This document shows positions 46,510 to 56,606 of a stretch of 64,000 nt of DNA, one piece after another. Source of the stretch: a virus (lineage: Duplodnaviria > Caudoviricetes). Where the stretch lies: the IMG/VR virus record IMGVR_UViG_3300026088_000016, positions 1 to 64,000 of that record; one strand, given 5' to 3'. Within the stretch, counting starts at the first letter, position 1. The number at the start of each line of letters is the position of its first letter. A program made the position numbers and the translations under genes. The notes beneath the pieces are model-generated. The model was not told the origin of the DNA. It ran no database searches and was given only the letters and a program-made list of their open reading frames with translations.

Positions 46510-47483
46510 GGGGCGTGTCTCTGTTCGTGATACGCCAGTTCAAAATCAGCCTTCACCATCATGTTCACCAGCTCGGGGAAGCTCACCGACGGCTTCCATT
46601 TCAGAATCCGCTTGGCGCGTGTCGGGTCTCCGAGCAGCAGGTCAACCTCCGTTGGACGGAGCAGGCGCTGGTCGAATTCCACAAACTCTTTCCAGTTCAT
46701 GTCCATCGCCGAAAAGGCCAGCGACAGAAACTCCCGGACAGTGTGAGTCTCACCTGTGGCAATCACGTAGTCACCCGGCTTTTCCTGTTGCAGCATCAGG
46801 TGCATCGCCTTGACGTAGTCGCCGGCAAAGCCCCAGTCACGCTTCGCGTCCAGATTGCCGAGCACGAGCTTGTGCTGGAGCCCATACCAGATTCGGCCGA
46901 CGGCGCGGGTGATTTTCCGCGTCACGAAGGTCTCTCCTCGGCGGGGAGACTCGTGGTTGAAAAGAACCCCGTTGCTCGCGTGGAGCCCGTAGGCTTCGCG
47001 GTAGTTGACGGTGGAGTGATGGGCCAGCACCTTGGCGCACCCATACGGACTGCGCGGGTAGAAGGGCGTCGTGATTTTCTGCGGCGTCTCCACCACCTTG
47101 CCGAACATCTCGGACGAGCCGGCCTGATAGTAGCGCGCGTCCGGGCAACAGGTCCGGACCAGCTCCAGCAACCGGACGGCGCCAAGCCCGGTGGCGTCGG
47201 ACGTGTAAACCGGCTGGTCGAAGCTCACCCGGACGTGTGACTGCGCGGCGAGGTTGTAAATCTCGTGTGGCTTCACCTTCAGTAGCACTTGCGCCATCGC
47301 GGTGACGTCGAGCAGGTCGCAGTAGTGAAGAACGACTCGTTTGAAAATGTGGTCGATTCGCGACGTGTTGAAAGATGACGAGCGCCGGATGGTGCCGTGG
47401 ACCTGATAGCCGAGTTTGAGCAGGTGCTCGGCGAGGTAAGAGCCGTCTTGGCCCGTGATTCCAGTGATGAGCGCTTTTTTCAT
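46506..47483 (-). CDS. gmd: GDP-mannose 4,6-dehydratase
   Basis: [73 protein letters not shown]. Confidence 0.97.
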   Translation of the reverse strand: MKKALITGITGQDGSYLAEHLLKLGYQVHGTIRRSSSFNTSRIDHIFKRVVLHYCDLLDVTAMAQVLLKVKPHEIYNLAAQSHVRVSFDQPVYTSDATGLGAVRLLELVRTCCPDARYYQAGSSEMFGKVVETPQKITTPFYPRSPYGCAKVLAHHSTVNYREAYGLHASNGVLFNHESPRRGETFVTRKITRAVGRIWYGLQHKLVLGNLDAKRDWGFAGDYVKAMHLMLQQEKPGDYVIATGETHTVREFLSLAFSAMDMNWKEFVEFDQRLLRPTEVDLLLGDPTRAKRILKWKPSVSFPELVNMMVKADFELAYHEQRHAP

Positions 47484-47929
47484 GTAATTTTTTCAAACTC
47501 TGAAATTGGGATGTCGAGAAGTTCTTCGATGTCAGTTGAGATGTTCCGGTCCAGACGGTCAAACCTCCCGCCCACCTTCCGGGGGAGGCTCTTGAACATC
47601 TCGGGGGTAATGGCGGTCACGTAAATCCCGTTATCGCACTTGATGGCGAAGACAAACTGGGCCCCCGCGGATTCTGCGGCGTGCAGACAATACCGGACTT
47701 TGTTCAGACTGAGGTGAATGGTCGCGTAATCCCCAAAAACCATTCGCCGGGTCTTCACCTCCACGACTGCCTCCACCTTCGGGGGCTCTCCGGGCCGGAC
47801 AAGTGTGAAGTCGTAGGCACAATCCGGTCCGGCAAGGATAAATCCCAGCCCGTAGTGAACCGAGAGAGTCTGGGCCACGTCCTTTTCGTTCTCCCGGTCT
47901 CTCGGCCGGCACATTCTTGGGTCTCTCAT
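47480..47929 (-). CDS. PD-(D/E)xK-type nuclease-like protein
   Basis: E......L...YDF...VEVKTR. Confidence 0.65.
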   Translation of the reverse strand: MRDPRMCRPRDRENEKDVAQTLSVHYGLGFILAGPDCAYDFTLVRPGEPPKVEAVVEVKTRRMVFGDYATIHLSLNKVRYCLHAAESAGAQFVFAIKCDNGIYVTAITPEMFKSLPRKVGGRFDRLDRNISTDIEELLDIPISEFEKIT

Positions 47930-49395
47930 ACGAAATGGCCGGGGATGTTGTAGGGGCGGTCAGCGACGACTTTGGCGAACTTCAATTCGATGTCATACGT
48001 TGCCGTCTTCCCGTAGCGCGGGTGAACGAGAAAGAAAACTTGCTTGGGGTCCACGGGAGAGAAACCGTTGGCCAGCCCGTAGCCGTCCACACCGGGAAAA
48101 CCTCCATTAACGATAACCGCCCCGCGCGCATGGGGGAGAACAATCCCTCGGTGAAGATGCCCAACAAGATAGTAGTGTGGGCTCGAATCACCATCCTTGC
48201 CATATAGCTGGGAGTTGGCGGAGACCATTCGGCCAACAGCATGATTCGGAATTCCCAACGCTCGGTCGCCTCCTCGAAGCTGGTCGCCGTGGCTGAGATG
48301 GAATTTGAACCCCTGAACCGAGAAGAGCGAGAAGGGTTGCTCGTCAAGATTCCAGTGGACGGTTTGGATGTCGCGCGTGAGAGCTTGGGTGTAGGCATAG
48401 ACGAAGGAGTCGAGGTTCGAGTAGCGATTGTCCGTCGGCATCTTGTGCTGGTTCATCCAGCGGGTGTGATTTCCAACGGTGCATTGAACGCGGATGGACG
48501 GCACCAACGGCGCCAGATTCCGGATGAACTGCGCGAACGCATGGCCGGCGCCGAACCATTGTTGGAAAAGAGTCGATTGCTGGCCGGCCTCGGTCGCGTG
48601 ATTCAGCGCGCCGTGCAACATGTCGCCGCCCATCGCGATGACGAGCTCTGTGACTTCGGTGGTCGTGTGGTCACGCAGGATGCTCGTGACGGCCTCTTCG
48701 TAGAACTTCAGGCGTGCGAGGAATGTCTCGAAGTTGTATTCACCGAAGCCCATCGTCTGAGCCGGCAGAATCTCCTGCCCGACGTGCGTGTCCGAGAGAA
48801 AAAGGACAGCCGATTGTGACTTGCCCCGTCCGGGCGAGACCTTGACGACCGGCGGCAGCGCAGAATAGCTTTTCGGCGCGAGTTCCCGGGCGAGTTCAAC
48901 CAGACGGTCAACAGCGGCTTGCTCTTTCAGCGCGCGTTCGTATTTCTTGTTCAGCGAGGTGAACTGGGCCTTCCAGAAGTCAGAGCCAACGCGCGCCTTG
49001 TCATCTTCGTAGGCCGGCGGAGGAGTGGAGCCGATAGGATAGACCGGCTTTCCGTTTATGTAGGTTACGAGTGACGCACCAGTAACGGACGAGATGCAGT
49101 CTCCAGCCCCCACCGGAAATGTCTTGCCCGGCTGGAAGGTCGCCGCGGCGGAGAGTTGGCCTCCAGCGGTAAACGGAGAAACCATTTCTCCCGGGGCTCC
49201 CGGAGGACCTTGGGGACCCGGTGGTCCCATGACCGGCTTGTTGACGACGAGACCCGCGATGGCAGCGGCGAGACGCTGGCGCTTTCCGCGGATAGCCGCT
49301 TCACTGCGGCCCGTCCGGATTGCGACTTCTTTATTCGAGAGACCGGGAGTTGCGAGGAGCGTCAACTCGGCGACTGTCCAAGGATTAGGGTTCAT
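47926..49395 (-). CDS. Calcineurin-like metallophosphoesterase with N-terminal HTH
   Basis: LSDTHVG, GGDMLHG, GNH, SHGD, VGHLH; N-terminal WT..E...L...SNKEVA..GRSEAAI. Confidence 0.85.
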   Translation of the reverse strand: MNPNPWTVAELTLLATPGLSNKEVAIRTGRSEAAIRGKRQRLAAAIAGLVVNKPVMGPPGPQGPPGAPGEMVSPFTAGGQLSAAATFQPGKTFPVGAGDCISSVTGASLVTYINGKPVYPIGSTPPPAYEDDKARVGSDFWKAQFTSLNKKYERALKEQAAVDRLVELARELAPKSYSALPPVVKVSPGRGKSQSAVLFLSDTHVGQEILPAQTMGFGEYNFETFLARLKFYEEAVTSILRDHTTTEVTELVIAMGGDMLHGALNHATEAGQQSTLFQQWFGAGHAFAQFIRNLAPLVPSIRVQCTVGNHTRWMNQHKMPTDNRYSNLDSFVYAYTQALTRDIQTVHWNLDEQPFSLFSVQGFKFHLSHGDQLRGGDRALGIPNHAVGRMVSANSQLYGKDGDSSPHYYLVGHLHRGIVLPHARGAVIVNGGFPGVDGYGLANGFSPVDPKQVFFLVHPRYGKTATYDIELKFAKVVADRPYNIPGHFV

Positions 49396-50029
49396 TTTCT
49401 GGTGGGTTTTGTTTTTTGAAATCTTCGGGCGTCTCCGCGGGGTTCTCCGGCTCCGGGCGGTCCACAAAGTCTGCGATGATTCGGAACTGGTGCGCGGGGA
49501 CGCGATGAAAAGCTGCGTCGAAATCGGCAAGCGCTGCGGCGGGTGTCCGGCCGCGGCCGACAATGTGCATCCCGGGCTCTTCCAGCTTGCCCCAGAAGGC
49601 GATGAAATACTGGTCCGCGTAGGTCGCGATAGTCGGCTTCAGGATGATAGACGGCCGCTTGTGCATCTCCACCAATTCGAGATTCGCTTGGAGAAGCTGT
49701 TCCTGCTTCTTGTGTGCAGCCAGCATCGCCTTGTGGATGTCGCCTTGCTGGCTGAGAGACCAGCGAGGCACGTCCTCGACAATTGATTCCAGCCTCTCGC
49801 ACGCCTTCATCAACGTGGTCTCAGCGGCGATTTCGTATTCTGGCTTCTGAGGGACCGAACCTTCCTCCGGGACTCGTTGGGTCACGATTCCGCGCATCGA
49901 GTTCACGATATGCAGCAGGATTCCGACTTGGTATGACGTGAGTTCCTCCCGGGTTGGAACGGAGAAGACGGGCTGCGGCGACGCACTCTCTAATCCCCCG
50001 CCGACGTTGTCTGAAGGTCTTCGATTCAT
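49385..50029 (-). CDS. Hypothetical protein (214 aa)
   Basis: ORF track; coupled. Confidence 0.7.
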   Translation of the reverse strand: MNRRPSDNVGGGLESASPQPVFSVPTREELTSYQVGILLHIVNSMRGIVTQRVPEEGSVPQKPEYEIAAETTLMKACERLESIVEDVPRWSLSQQGDIHKAMLAAHKKQEQLLQANLELVEMHKRPSIILKPTIATYADQYFIAFWGKLEEPGMHIVGRGRTPAAALADFDAAFHRVPAHQFRIIADFVDRPEPENPAETPEDFKKQNPPENEP

Positions 50030-50553
50030 TTTCTCAGCGTATGCTTCATCCAGTTCAACAAGTGTAACGCATCGACTGCGTTGTCGTCCAACTTTAGACC
50101 GGTGTTCTGGTCCACCACGAATCCCTTGCCCAGAGTGAACTGTGGATTCTTGCAGAGATAACGGGCCATGTCATCCTTTTCAGCGCGGCCCGAGCCGGTG
50201 GCGAATTTCTTCAGCGTTCCGACGGGACAGCATTCAACCTGACACTGAAACTCATCACTCACGAGCCAGACCACCGCGCGCCACGTCGCCCACAGATGGG
50301 CTTGCTTGGAGGTGGACGCGAACTGCACGTCTTCAAAAACAATCCATTCGGGGGCGGAGTGACGACAAAGAAGTCGGACCCAGCGCAACATCCGCATGAA
50401 CCGCATGTCGCAACGGCGGTCCATCCGCAGCTTGGCTTGATGCTTGATTTCCTTCGGAGTCGCCAGCAAAATGCTACCACACGAAAGCGGATAGCTGTCA
50501 ACCTCCAGCGCGTAGCCGGTGGTCGTTCCAAGGTCAAGCGCGAGGATTCTCAT
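50026..50553 (-). CDS. RuvC-like Holliday junction resolvase
   Basis: ILALDLG, FED, LKKFATGSG.A.KDDM, D.NAVDA. Confidence 0.85.
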   Translation of the reverse strand: MRILALDLGTTTGYALEVDSYPLSCGSILLATPKEIKHQAKLRMDRRCDMRFMRMLRWVRLLCRHSAPEWIVFEDVQFASTSKQAHLWATWRAVVWLVSDEFQCQVECCPVGTLKKFATGSGRAEKDDMARYLCKNPQFTLGKGFVVDQNTGLKLDDNAVDALHLLNWMKHTLRK

Positions 50554-50650
50554 TTGTCTCGATTGCAGTAGGCGTGCCAGATAACAGCCCGGATTGTTGC
50601 AAGGTCGCCGCCGATTCGGTTTGCGGCTTCGATAACCCAGTCAGGATAGT

Positions 50651-51292
50651 TCATCGTCGGTCCACTCCCTTTTTGTGAAGCGCTTTGCGGAGCTTGCCCA
50701 GCACCTCTTCGTGAATCTGGCGGACCCGTTCGCGCGTCATCTTCAGCCGGCGCCCGACTTCGGCCATGTTCAACCCCTCCTCATACATGAGGGACAGCAC
50801 GAGTTGCTCGCGCTCTGAGAGCCCGGCCTTTCCGGATTCCAGAAGCCCGTGGATGTAGTCGGCGAAGTCAGTTTCCTCGGTCGGATGCTCCACACTGGTC
50901 TCAACCCCCGGGGAGGCGATGGAGATGAGCGGCATTTCTGGTGTCTCCGGGAGCGGCACAAAGCGGGCGGAGTCGCGCCACATCTTCGAGATGGCGCCGC
51001 GGATGAAGGGCCGCAGGTAGCTCGTGAACCGGTTGCCGCGCGTAGCATCGAATTGCTTGCGGTCCACGGCCTGAATCAGCGCCTCGTTGGCGGCGGAGAC
51101 AACCTCGTCGTCGGGAAAACGGCCCCCGGCGCACTTCCGGGCCACGATGGCAACGAAAAGCAGGTGATGCTTGATGATGGTGTCGCGCGCGGCTTCGTCG
51201 CCGGCCTGCATTTTTCGGAAGAGTTCCTGTTCTTCCTCCCGCGTCGATTTAACGAATCGCAGGTTGGTGTTCACTGAGTAGTAGTTGCTCAT
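50651..51292 (-). CDS. Sigma70-family RNA polymerase sigma factor
   Basis: Region 2 (A...L..AV..FD..RG.RF.SY....IRG.I) and region 4 (LSERE...GL..AEVG....TRERVRQI). Confidence 0.92.
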   Translation of the reverse strand: MSNYYSVNTNLRFVKSTREEEQELFRKMQAGDEAARDTIIKHHLLFVAIVARKCAGGRFPDDEVVSAANEALIQAVDRKQFDATRGNRFTSYLRPFIRGAISKMWRDSARFVPLPETPEMPLISIASPGVETSVEHPTEETDFADYIHGLLESGKAGLSEREQLVLSLMYEEGLNMAEVGRRLKMTRERVRQIHEEVLGKLRKALHKKGVDRR

Positions 51293-51425
51293 TTCAATCG
51301 TTTCCTTCGTTCTTCAAGTTCTTTCCAACGGCGGTCTAGGTCCCGTTGCCACGGCTCGAATACTACCCACCAAAGAAAGCCGAAGGACACCACAAACCAG
51401 AGAATCATCAGAAAGAATAGCGTAT

Positions 51426-53684
51426 TCATTTCTGTTCAAAGTTTGCGTTGCCCTGCGGCGGGGGATTCCGGCGCTTGAAGTGGTGGTCCCGCTCGATAAT
51501 CCAGATGCGCTCGAAGTCAGAGTCGTCGATAGTCACCTTCAGCATCCCTTTAGCCTGAATCTGGGCGAGGAACCGGCCAAATTGCTCCTGACGGTAGCCG
51601 CGGAGCAGCTCCGCGAAGCTCGGGTCTTTCGACATCGCGATGCGCAAGTCTGTGCTCGTGCCTTGCCACGTCTTGGCGGTCGCGTTCGATGTGAAGAAAT
51701 CCTCCCGGAGCCATTTCACCAGCAGCTCGAAAAATCCGTTCACCGGAGTCGATTGGTTCGCCGCGCGGAGCAGGGTCGGTTCGCAGTAGGAGTTCATGCC
51801 CCAGCGGGCGACTGAGCCCTTGGTGACAGATTCCGGCGGGACAAATTCGAGCAGCCACGCGAGGAGATACGGCATCTCGCGCTCCACGATGAGAGTCATC
51901 TCGTTTTTCGGCGCGAACACAAACGGGCTGTCCGGGTTCATCCGGAAGATGAGCAGCTTGTCCCGGCTGTTCATGTCCAGATTCGGGATGTTGCGCAGGC
52001 TCTCGGGGTCGTCGTTACAAGTGAGAATGATTTGATGCTCCCACGGGACCATGCCGGCCTTGCGGAACTTCTCGTTGACACGGTGCTCCGGGTTCGCGAG
52101 AGACTGCTTGAGTTTCTCCGAGAAAATCCGGTGGACCATGTCAGAGGAAAGGCTCGTCCCGTCGTCCACGCACCAGACCGCCACTTGAAAGAGCTCCGAG
52201 TTGAATCCGTCGGAGCCGGAGAAATAAGCTCCGGCCTCGGCGAATCCCCCAAGGGCATATCCCACGACCGCGCGGGACAAGAATGTTTTCCCCTTCCCGG
52301 CGGGACCGCAGAAGATGACGCCGAGCCCTTGCTCAGGCTTCCGATTCAGGCAACCGCGGTAAGCCCGCTGAAAGCGAGTGAGAAAGAGCGGGAGCTGTTC
52401 CGCATTGGTGAACGCCGAGTCGAGGAAAGACGAGAGGACCGGGAATTTTCCGTTCGGGCCCCACTCGGATTTTTCCGTCGCCGGCTTGATGGCATCCCGG
52501 GAGTGAAGATTCAGGATGAGCTCGCCCTGATACTGAATGAGCCCCTTGGGGTAGAACGCGCAGCTCTGCGCACACTGCACGCGATTGTTCATCGCGATGA
52601 AATTGAGCGCGCGGTCCACTTCCGACGGCTCGGCGCCCTTGGTCTTGGTCGAAAGACCGTGGCTGACGTTCAGGAAACGGCGAATGTGGTCCTGCACGGC
52701 GTCCTGCCACTTCCCGGTAAGGTCCTTGTAGAAGTAGCGCTGGCCGTCGTAGAAAATCTCCTTTACGGCGTCGCCGAGCCGGGTGTTCTCGACTTGCTCG
52801 ACGAACTCCGCGCCGACGATTTCTGCCCACGAGAAAAAGCTCTTGGAAGCGTGCGCGGCGAAGGTGTGCATTCCGGTCTCGCGCACAATGGCCGACTTGG
52901 GAGACTCAGAGCCCGGGACCCAGAATGAGGGCCCTTGAGCGGACACCGAGAACTCGCCTTCCCAGCCGGAGAACCGCGGGTAGCGCTTGACGCACTCCTC
53001 GCGAATCTTGTTCATGTCCGCGGCCTTGCCGAGCTCCTTGCGGGCCCAGTTATACCTTTCGGAGAACTTCATCACGAACCCAGTCATCTCAGACTCGGGG
53101 ATGACGTAGTCGGAGAGCTTGGTCCACCGCGCGCCGTTGGTGTAGCAGCGGCTGATGGTGGTGAGGGCGCCCTTGTCGATGCCGGGGAGCATGTTCAGGG
53201 GCAGGAAATCAAACCATTTTTCTTGAAGCTGTTTGCAGAAGTGCGCGCAGGGAAATTTGATGGGCGTCTGGAGCATCCAGAGGAACCGGCCGTTGCCCGA
53301 GAGAGTTTGCTCGAACCACATCGGCTTCCGGTCGCCCATGTAGGTCACGTATTTCTTCGCTTCGTCGAGCGACATCGACACGTCGCAGTCGATGGGAATC
53401 GTCCACTGGCTGTGCGGGGGATTCGCGTCTTCTCCGTCGCCGCAGGAAATTCTCAGTCTAGGATTTATTCCCTCAAAAGGGGAATAGACGTGATACTTGG
53501 TGTCGGGGAGGTTAATCCACGCATCCCGGGCCGCTTTATCGGTAAAACACTTCTGAGGGACCAGAACCAGTTTGTCTTCATTCCACTCCCACGGAAGACA
53601 ACCCTCCACCAGTTCAGTCGTGGAGAGGCGTTGAAGGTGCAGAAACATCGGAGTAAAGATGTAGGAGTCAGTCGGTTTTGTCAA
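51426..53684 (-). CDS. Primase-helicase (PrimPol-like N-terminus, SF3/DUF5906-like ATPase)
   Basis: DCD and QTLSGNG primase-like motifs; GPAGKGKT Walker A; FNSEL; CVDDG Walker B. Confidence 0.85.
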   Translation of the reverse strand: MTKPTDSYIFTPMFLHLQRLSTTELVEGCLPWEWNEDKLVLVPQKCFTDKAARDAWINLPDTKYHVYSPFEGINPRLRISCGDGEDANPPHSQWTIPIDCDVSMSLDEAKKYVTYMGDRKPMWFEQTLSGNGRFLWMLQTPIKFPCAHFCKQLQEKWFDFLPLNMLPGIDKGALTTISRCYTNGARWTKLSDYVIPESEMTGFVMKFSERYNWARKELGKAADMNKIREECVKRYPRFSGWEGEFSVSAQGPSFWVPGSESPKSAIVRETGMHTFAAHASKSFFSWAEIVGAEFVEQVENTRLGDAVKEIFYDGQRYFYKDLTGKWQDAVQDHIRRFLNVSHGLSTKTKGAEPSEVDRALNFIAMNNRVQCAQSCAFYPKGLIQYQGELILNLHSRDAIKPATEKSEWGPNGKFPVLSSFLDSAFTNAEQLPLFLTRFQRAYRGCLNRKPEQGLGVIFCGPAGKGKTFLSRAVVGYALGGFAEAGAYFSGSDGFNSELFQVAVWCVDDGTSLSSDMVHRIFSEKLKQSLANPEHRVNEKFRKAGMVPWEHQIILTCNDDPESLRNIPNLDMNSRDKLLIFRMNPDSPFVFAPKNEMTLIVEREMPYLLAWLLEFVPPESVTKGSVARWGMNSYCEPTLLRAANQSTPVNGFFELLVKWLREDFFTSNATAKTWQGTSTDLRIAMSKDPSFAELLRGYRQEQFGRFLAQIQAKGMLKVTIDDSDFERIWIIERDHHFKRRNPPPQGNANFEQK

Positions 53685-53967
53685 CCGATGGTTTGGGGAT
53701 GAGCGCTCTCAACCGGGCGTTTCTCTCGCTCACCCGCCGATTGCACTCATCGTCTCGCTCCTTCGGGCCCGAGGTGTATCCGGTATCAAAGGTGCAACCT
53801 CCGTTCCCACACTGGGGGCAATGGGCAAAAAAGATTGACCCTCCTCCGTTATTAGAGCACCGTTGAGCCTCGTGCTCGCCGAAGGTGAACACGCATTCAC
53901 AATTGGGGCACTCAGAAATCATCTCCTCCTTGTCCGGGGTCTTCAGTCCTACTCGAATGATTTTCAT
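53668..53967 (-). CDS. Small Zn-ribbon protein
   Basis: CPNC...CPQC. Confidence 0.65.
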   Translation of the reverse strand: MKIIRVGLKTPDKEEMISECPNCECVFTFGEHEAQRCSNNGGGSIFFAHCPQCGNGGCTFDTGYTSGPKERDDECNRRVSERNARLRALIPKPSVDKTD

Positions 53968-56012
53968 TTTCGGTAATGGGGGACTACGTTCGCTTCCGCG
54001 TCCACTGGGAGCCCGGGCATATACTCGGGCGTCTGGCTCATCACATGGCGGACGTCTTCCGCGGTGACGGACAGGTCGGCCTCGTTGACGGCTTCGTCGT
54101 GGACGTTCCAGAGCGGGTCAATTCCTTGGTCGTCGAGCGCGAGCAACTGGTCAGCGAAGATGTCGCGCGCCGTGGCCTGCACAAGATTTTCCGTGAGCTT
54201 CCCGCCGTAGAGATTTTCCCGGATGACTGCATTCTTCTTCGGGTTGAAAACGTCCGCGGTGTAGCAGCGCTTGAAAATGTATCGAGCCGGATTATCGGGG
54301 TCAACGGTGGCCTTGCGCTCGCAGCGGACGTTCGGGTATCGGAGCTCCCGGCCGGAAGGCAGAGTGATGGTAAAGTCCCCGCCCTCGCTGTCCCGGAATG
54401 CTTGGTCCAGCCGGCGCCAGATGCCCGGGCTGTCCGGGTCGTTGCTCGCGATGAGGGGATTCTGTTCGCGATACTCCTTCACGATTCGCTTGGAGTTGGA
54501 ACCGTATCCCGGGAGCATCTTCGGGGACCCGTCGGTGTTGTAGCAGAGATTCCCGTCTTGATTGGTGGCGTGAATCTCTTCGGGGTCATCGACCGTGATG
54601 TCGATGCCGGCCATGTCGTAGGCGACGGTGATGAACTTTTCCCAGCCGCAGCCGTAGCCCAGCCCGAGAACGCGCGCCTTGGCCAGCGCATACAGGTCCT
54701 TGTTCTCCTTCTTCAGCATTCCGCCGGTCCAGCCCATCGTCGCCCGGGCGTGAGCTTCGTAGGGTGACTGGCCGCGGGACATCATCTCCAGCATCGCCTT
54801 ATCCTTGACCAGCCACGCGAGGACGCGCGGCTCAATCTGCGACAAGTCCGAGATAATCATCTGCCGGCCGGGCCGCGCAGTGAAAAGGGCCCGGATGTCG
54901 AGCGAGCACTGGACCCAGTCAGGAGCGACGCCAAATCGTTCCAGCCCCTTGTTGATGTCAATCAACCTCACCGGGTCAGTCACGAGCCATCCGTCGTTGT
55001 CACAATAGAGCGGCTCCTTGCGCATGTTCTGCATGTTGAACCCACCGGAGCCGGACCAGCGTCCGGTGTGCGCGCCGAAGTAAAGCAAATCGAACGGGAA
55101 GCAGCCGTCCTCATAGAGCCGGGCCCGGAGTGTTTCCAGTGTCGTGATGAACTTGTTAATGACCCGGTAGTCGGTGTAGGCTTTCACCCACTGATGCTTG
55201 GGCGCGTATTCAGCCGCCCACAGGTCATACGCTTCCTCACCGTCGCGTGTCTTGACCGGCGGCGGGGGAATGTTCACCATCCGGCACTGCGCGGCCACGG
55301 CAATCGGGCTCGTCGGCTTCTTGCCCTCTTTCATCCACGGGAGAACGGACTCAGCCTGCACAAGCATCTTGCAGGCGACGGAGTAGAACTGTTCCAGCTT
55401 GACGGTGTCAATCTGCGCGCCGCGTCGGCACTGCCGGATGGTCAGCTCGGAGATGCGCCGCTCCCGCGTCGGCCAGAGATGCGAAAACTCGTTCCAGATT
55501 CTCCAGCAGTAAATGGCGTCCTGCTTGGCGTATTCGGTCATCGACTTCCCGCCGTCTTCGGCCGAGAGCATCTCCCACGTTTTGCCGTCGGCGTCGCCGC
55601 GGACCGACTTGTCGAGCTTGACACCGAAAAGGAACTCCGCGGCCCGGCCCAAGTCGCGCCGGCTGCAAACGTAGGTTGAGAGGTTCGCCGTGCAGTGCCA
55701 CTCGGGAATCTTCAGGCGAGGCGCCTGCCCACGCTTGACGAGCTCCTCGTAAACAGAACTATCGAATGCGGCGTTGTGCGAAAGAAGAACTTGGCCGTCG
55801 AGCGCGTCCCAGTTGAAACGGTTACGGTGCCCGGCCCATGCGGTTTCACCATCGTAAACTGAGATGAAGTAGGCGTCGAAACGGGGGTCCCGGACGTAGC
55901 GCTGCATTCCTTGCTGCTTGATGCCGAGACCCTCTTTCTTGTTGTAGTAGGTTTCAAAGTCTAATGAAGTTGGCACCCGGGAGCATAACACCCCCGGGTG
56001 CCCGAAGTCCAC
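53964..56012 (-). CDS. Family A DNA polymerase with 3'-5' exonuclease
   Basis: LDFET, HNAAFD, TGRWSG, DLSQIE.R, AKARVLGLGYG, ENLVQATARD, VHDE; real start may be GTG 55976. Confidence 0.95.
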   Translation of the reverse strand: MDFGHPGVLCSRVPTSLDFETYYNKKEGLGIKQQGMQRYVRDPRFDAYFISVYDGETAWAGHRNRFNWDALDGQVLLSHNAAFDSSVYEELVKRGQAPRLKIPEWHCTANLSTYVCSRRDLGRAAEFLFGVKLDKSVRGDADGKTWEMLSAEDGGKSMTEYAKQDAIYCWRIWNEFSHLWPTRERRISELTIRQCRRGAQIDTVKLEQFYSVACKMLVQAESVLPWMKEGKKPTSPIAVAAQCRMVNIPPPPVKTRDGEEAYDLWAAEYAPKHQWVKAYTDYRVINKFITTLETLRARLYEDGCFPFDLLYFGAHTGRWSGSGGFNMQNMRKEPLYCDNDGWLVTDPVRLIDINKGLERFGVAPDWVQCSLDIRALFTARPGRQMIISDLSQIEPRVLAWLVKDKAMLEMMSRGQSPYEAHARATMGWTGGMLKKENKDLYALAKARVLGLGYGCGWEKFITVAYDMAGIDITVDDPEEIHATNQDGNLCYNTDGSPKMLPGYGSNSKRIVKEYREQNPLIASNDPDSPGIWRRLDQAFRDSEGGDFTITLPSGRELRYPNVRCERKATVDPDNPARYIFKRCYTADVFNPKKNAVIRENLYGGKLTENLVQATARDIFADQLLALDDQGIDPLWNVHDEAVNEADLSVTAEDVRHVMSQTPEYMPGLPVDAEANVVPHYRK

Positions 56013-56014
56013 CG

Positions 56015-56347
56015 TTAGGTCTTGAGAGTGCAGCCGATGGACGGATGCCGCATGACTTTGGACTGAACGATGACGAGAGCTCGAAAAGCCAGCTTCTCTT
56101 TGAAGTGCTGGAGCGCGGTCCCGGTGATAAGAACGTCATGGTCAGGGTCCGGGATAACCACGTCCGAGGAAGGTCCCCCCGCAGTTTGGCGGATGACCGC
56201 CTCCACCTCGGCTTCGATTTGGTCAAGGAAATCTTCCCCGACGCGGGTGAACTTGCCGGCGCGGCGTTCCTTGCTGACTTTCAGCGCGTAGGCTTTGACG
56301 GCGCTGCGGTTGATTACCGACTGGGTTCTGGTGATTGTGGTTTCCAT
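56015..56347 (-). CDS. Phage histone-fold-like protein
   Basis: INRSAVKAYA...KFTRVGEDFLDQIEAEVEAVIR and C-terminal RHPSIGCTLK resemble prokaryotic/phage histone alpha1-L1-alpha2-L2 (from memory, unverified). Confidence 0.55.
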   Translation of the reverse strand: METTITRTQSVINRSAVKAYALKVSKERRAGKFTRVGEDFLDQIEAEVEAVIRQTAGGPSSDVVIPDPDHDVLITGTALQHFKEKLAFRALVIVQSKVMRHPSIGCTLKT

Positions 56348-56351
56348 TTTT

Positions 56352-56606
56352 TCAGAGTTCTCCCGTGGTTGAGGTTTGTTCGGCGACGAGCTCGTCAATC
56401 CGGCGCGAGGCGTGCCAGCCTTCCCGCCAGAGCGGACGGGACCGGGAGTGCAGGTCGCAGGATTCCACCGGGAGCCCGGCGTCGTGTGCGTTGAACCCCG
56501 TCTCCCAAGACTGATATTTCGAGAGCATGGAGGCGTCGAGGGGTATCGGGTCCGCAGGAAGTTTTCCTTCCCGGGCCCGCCGTAGTAGCATGTTCAGTAT
56601 GTTCAT
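56352..56606 (-). CDS. Rmf/CrpP-like small protein
   Basis: GF.A...G.....C........W..GW pattern. Confidence 0.55.
   Translation of the reverse strand: MNILNMLLRRAREGKLPADPIPLDASMLSKYQSWETGFNAHDAGLPVESCDLHSRSRPLWREGWHASRRIDELVAEQTSTTGEL

Noticed and set aside
53964-56012. Intein or intron in polymerase, terminase or helicases
   Set aside because: Lengths are normal, motifs are contiguous, and no Cys/Ser...His-Asn intein ends or LAGLIDADG/HNH motifs are present.
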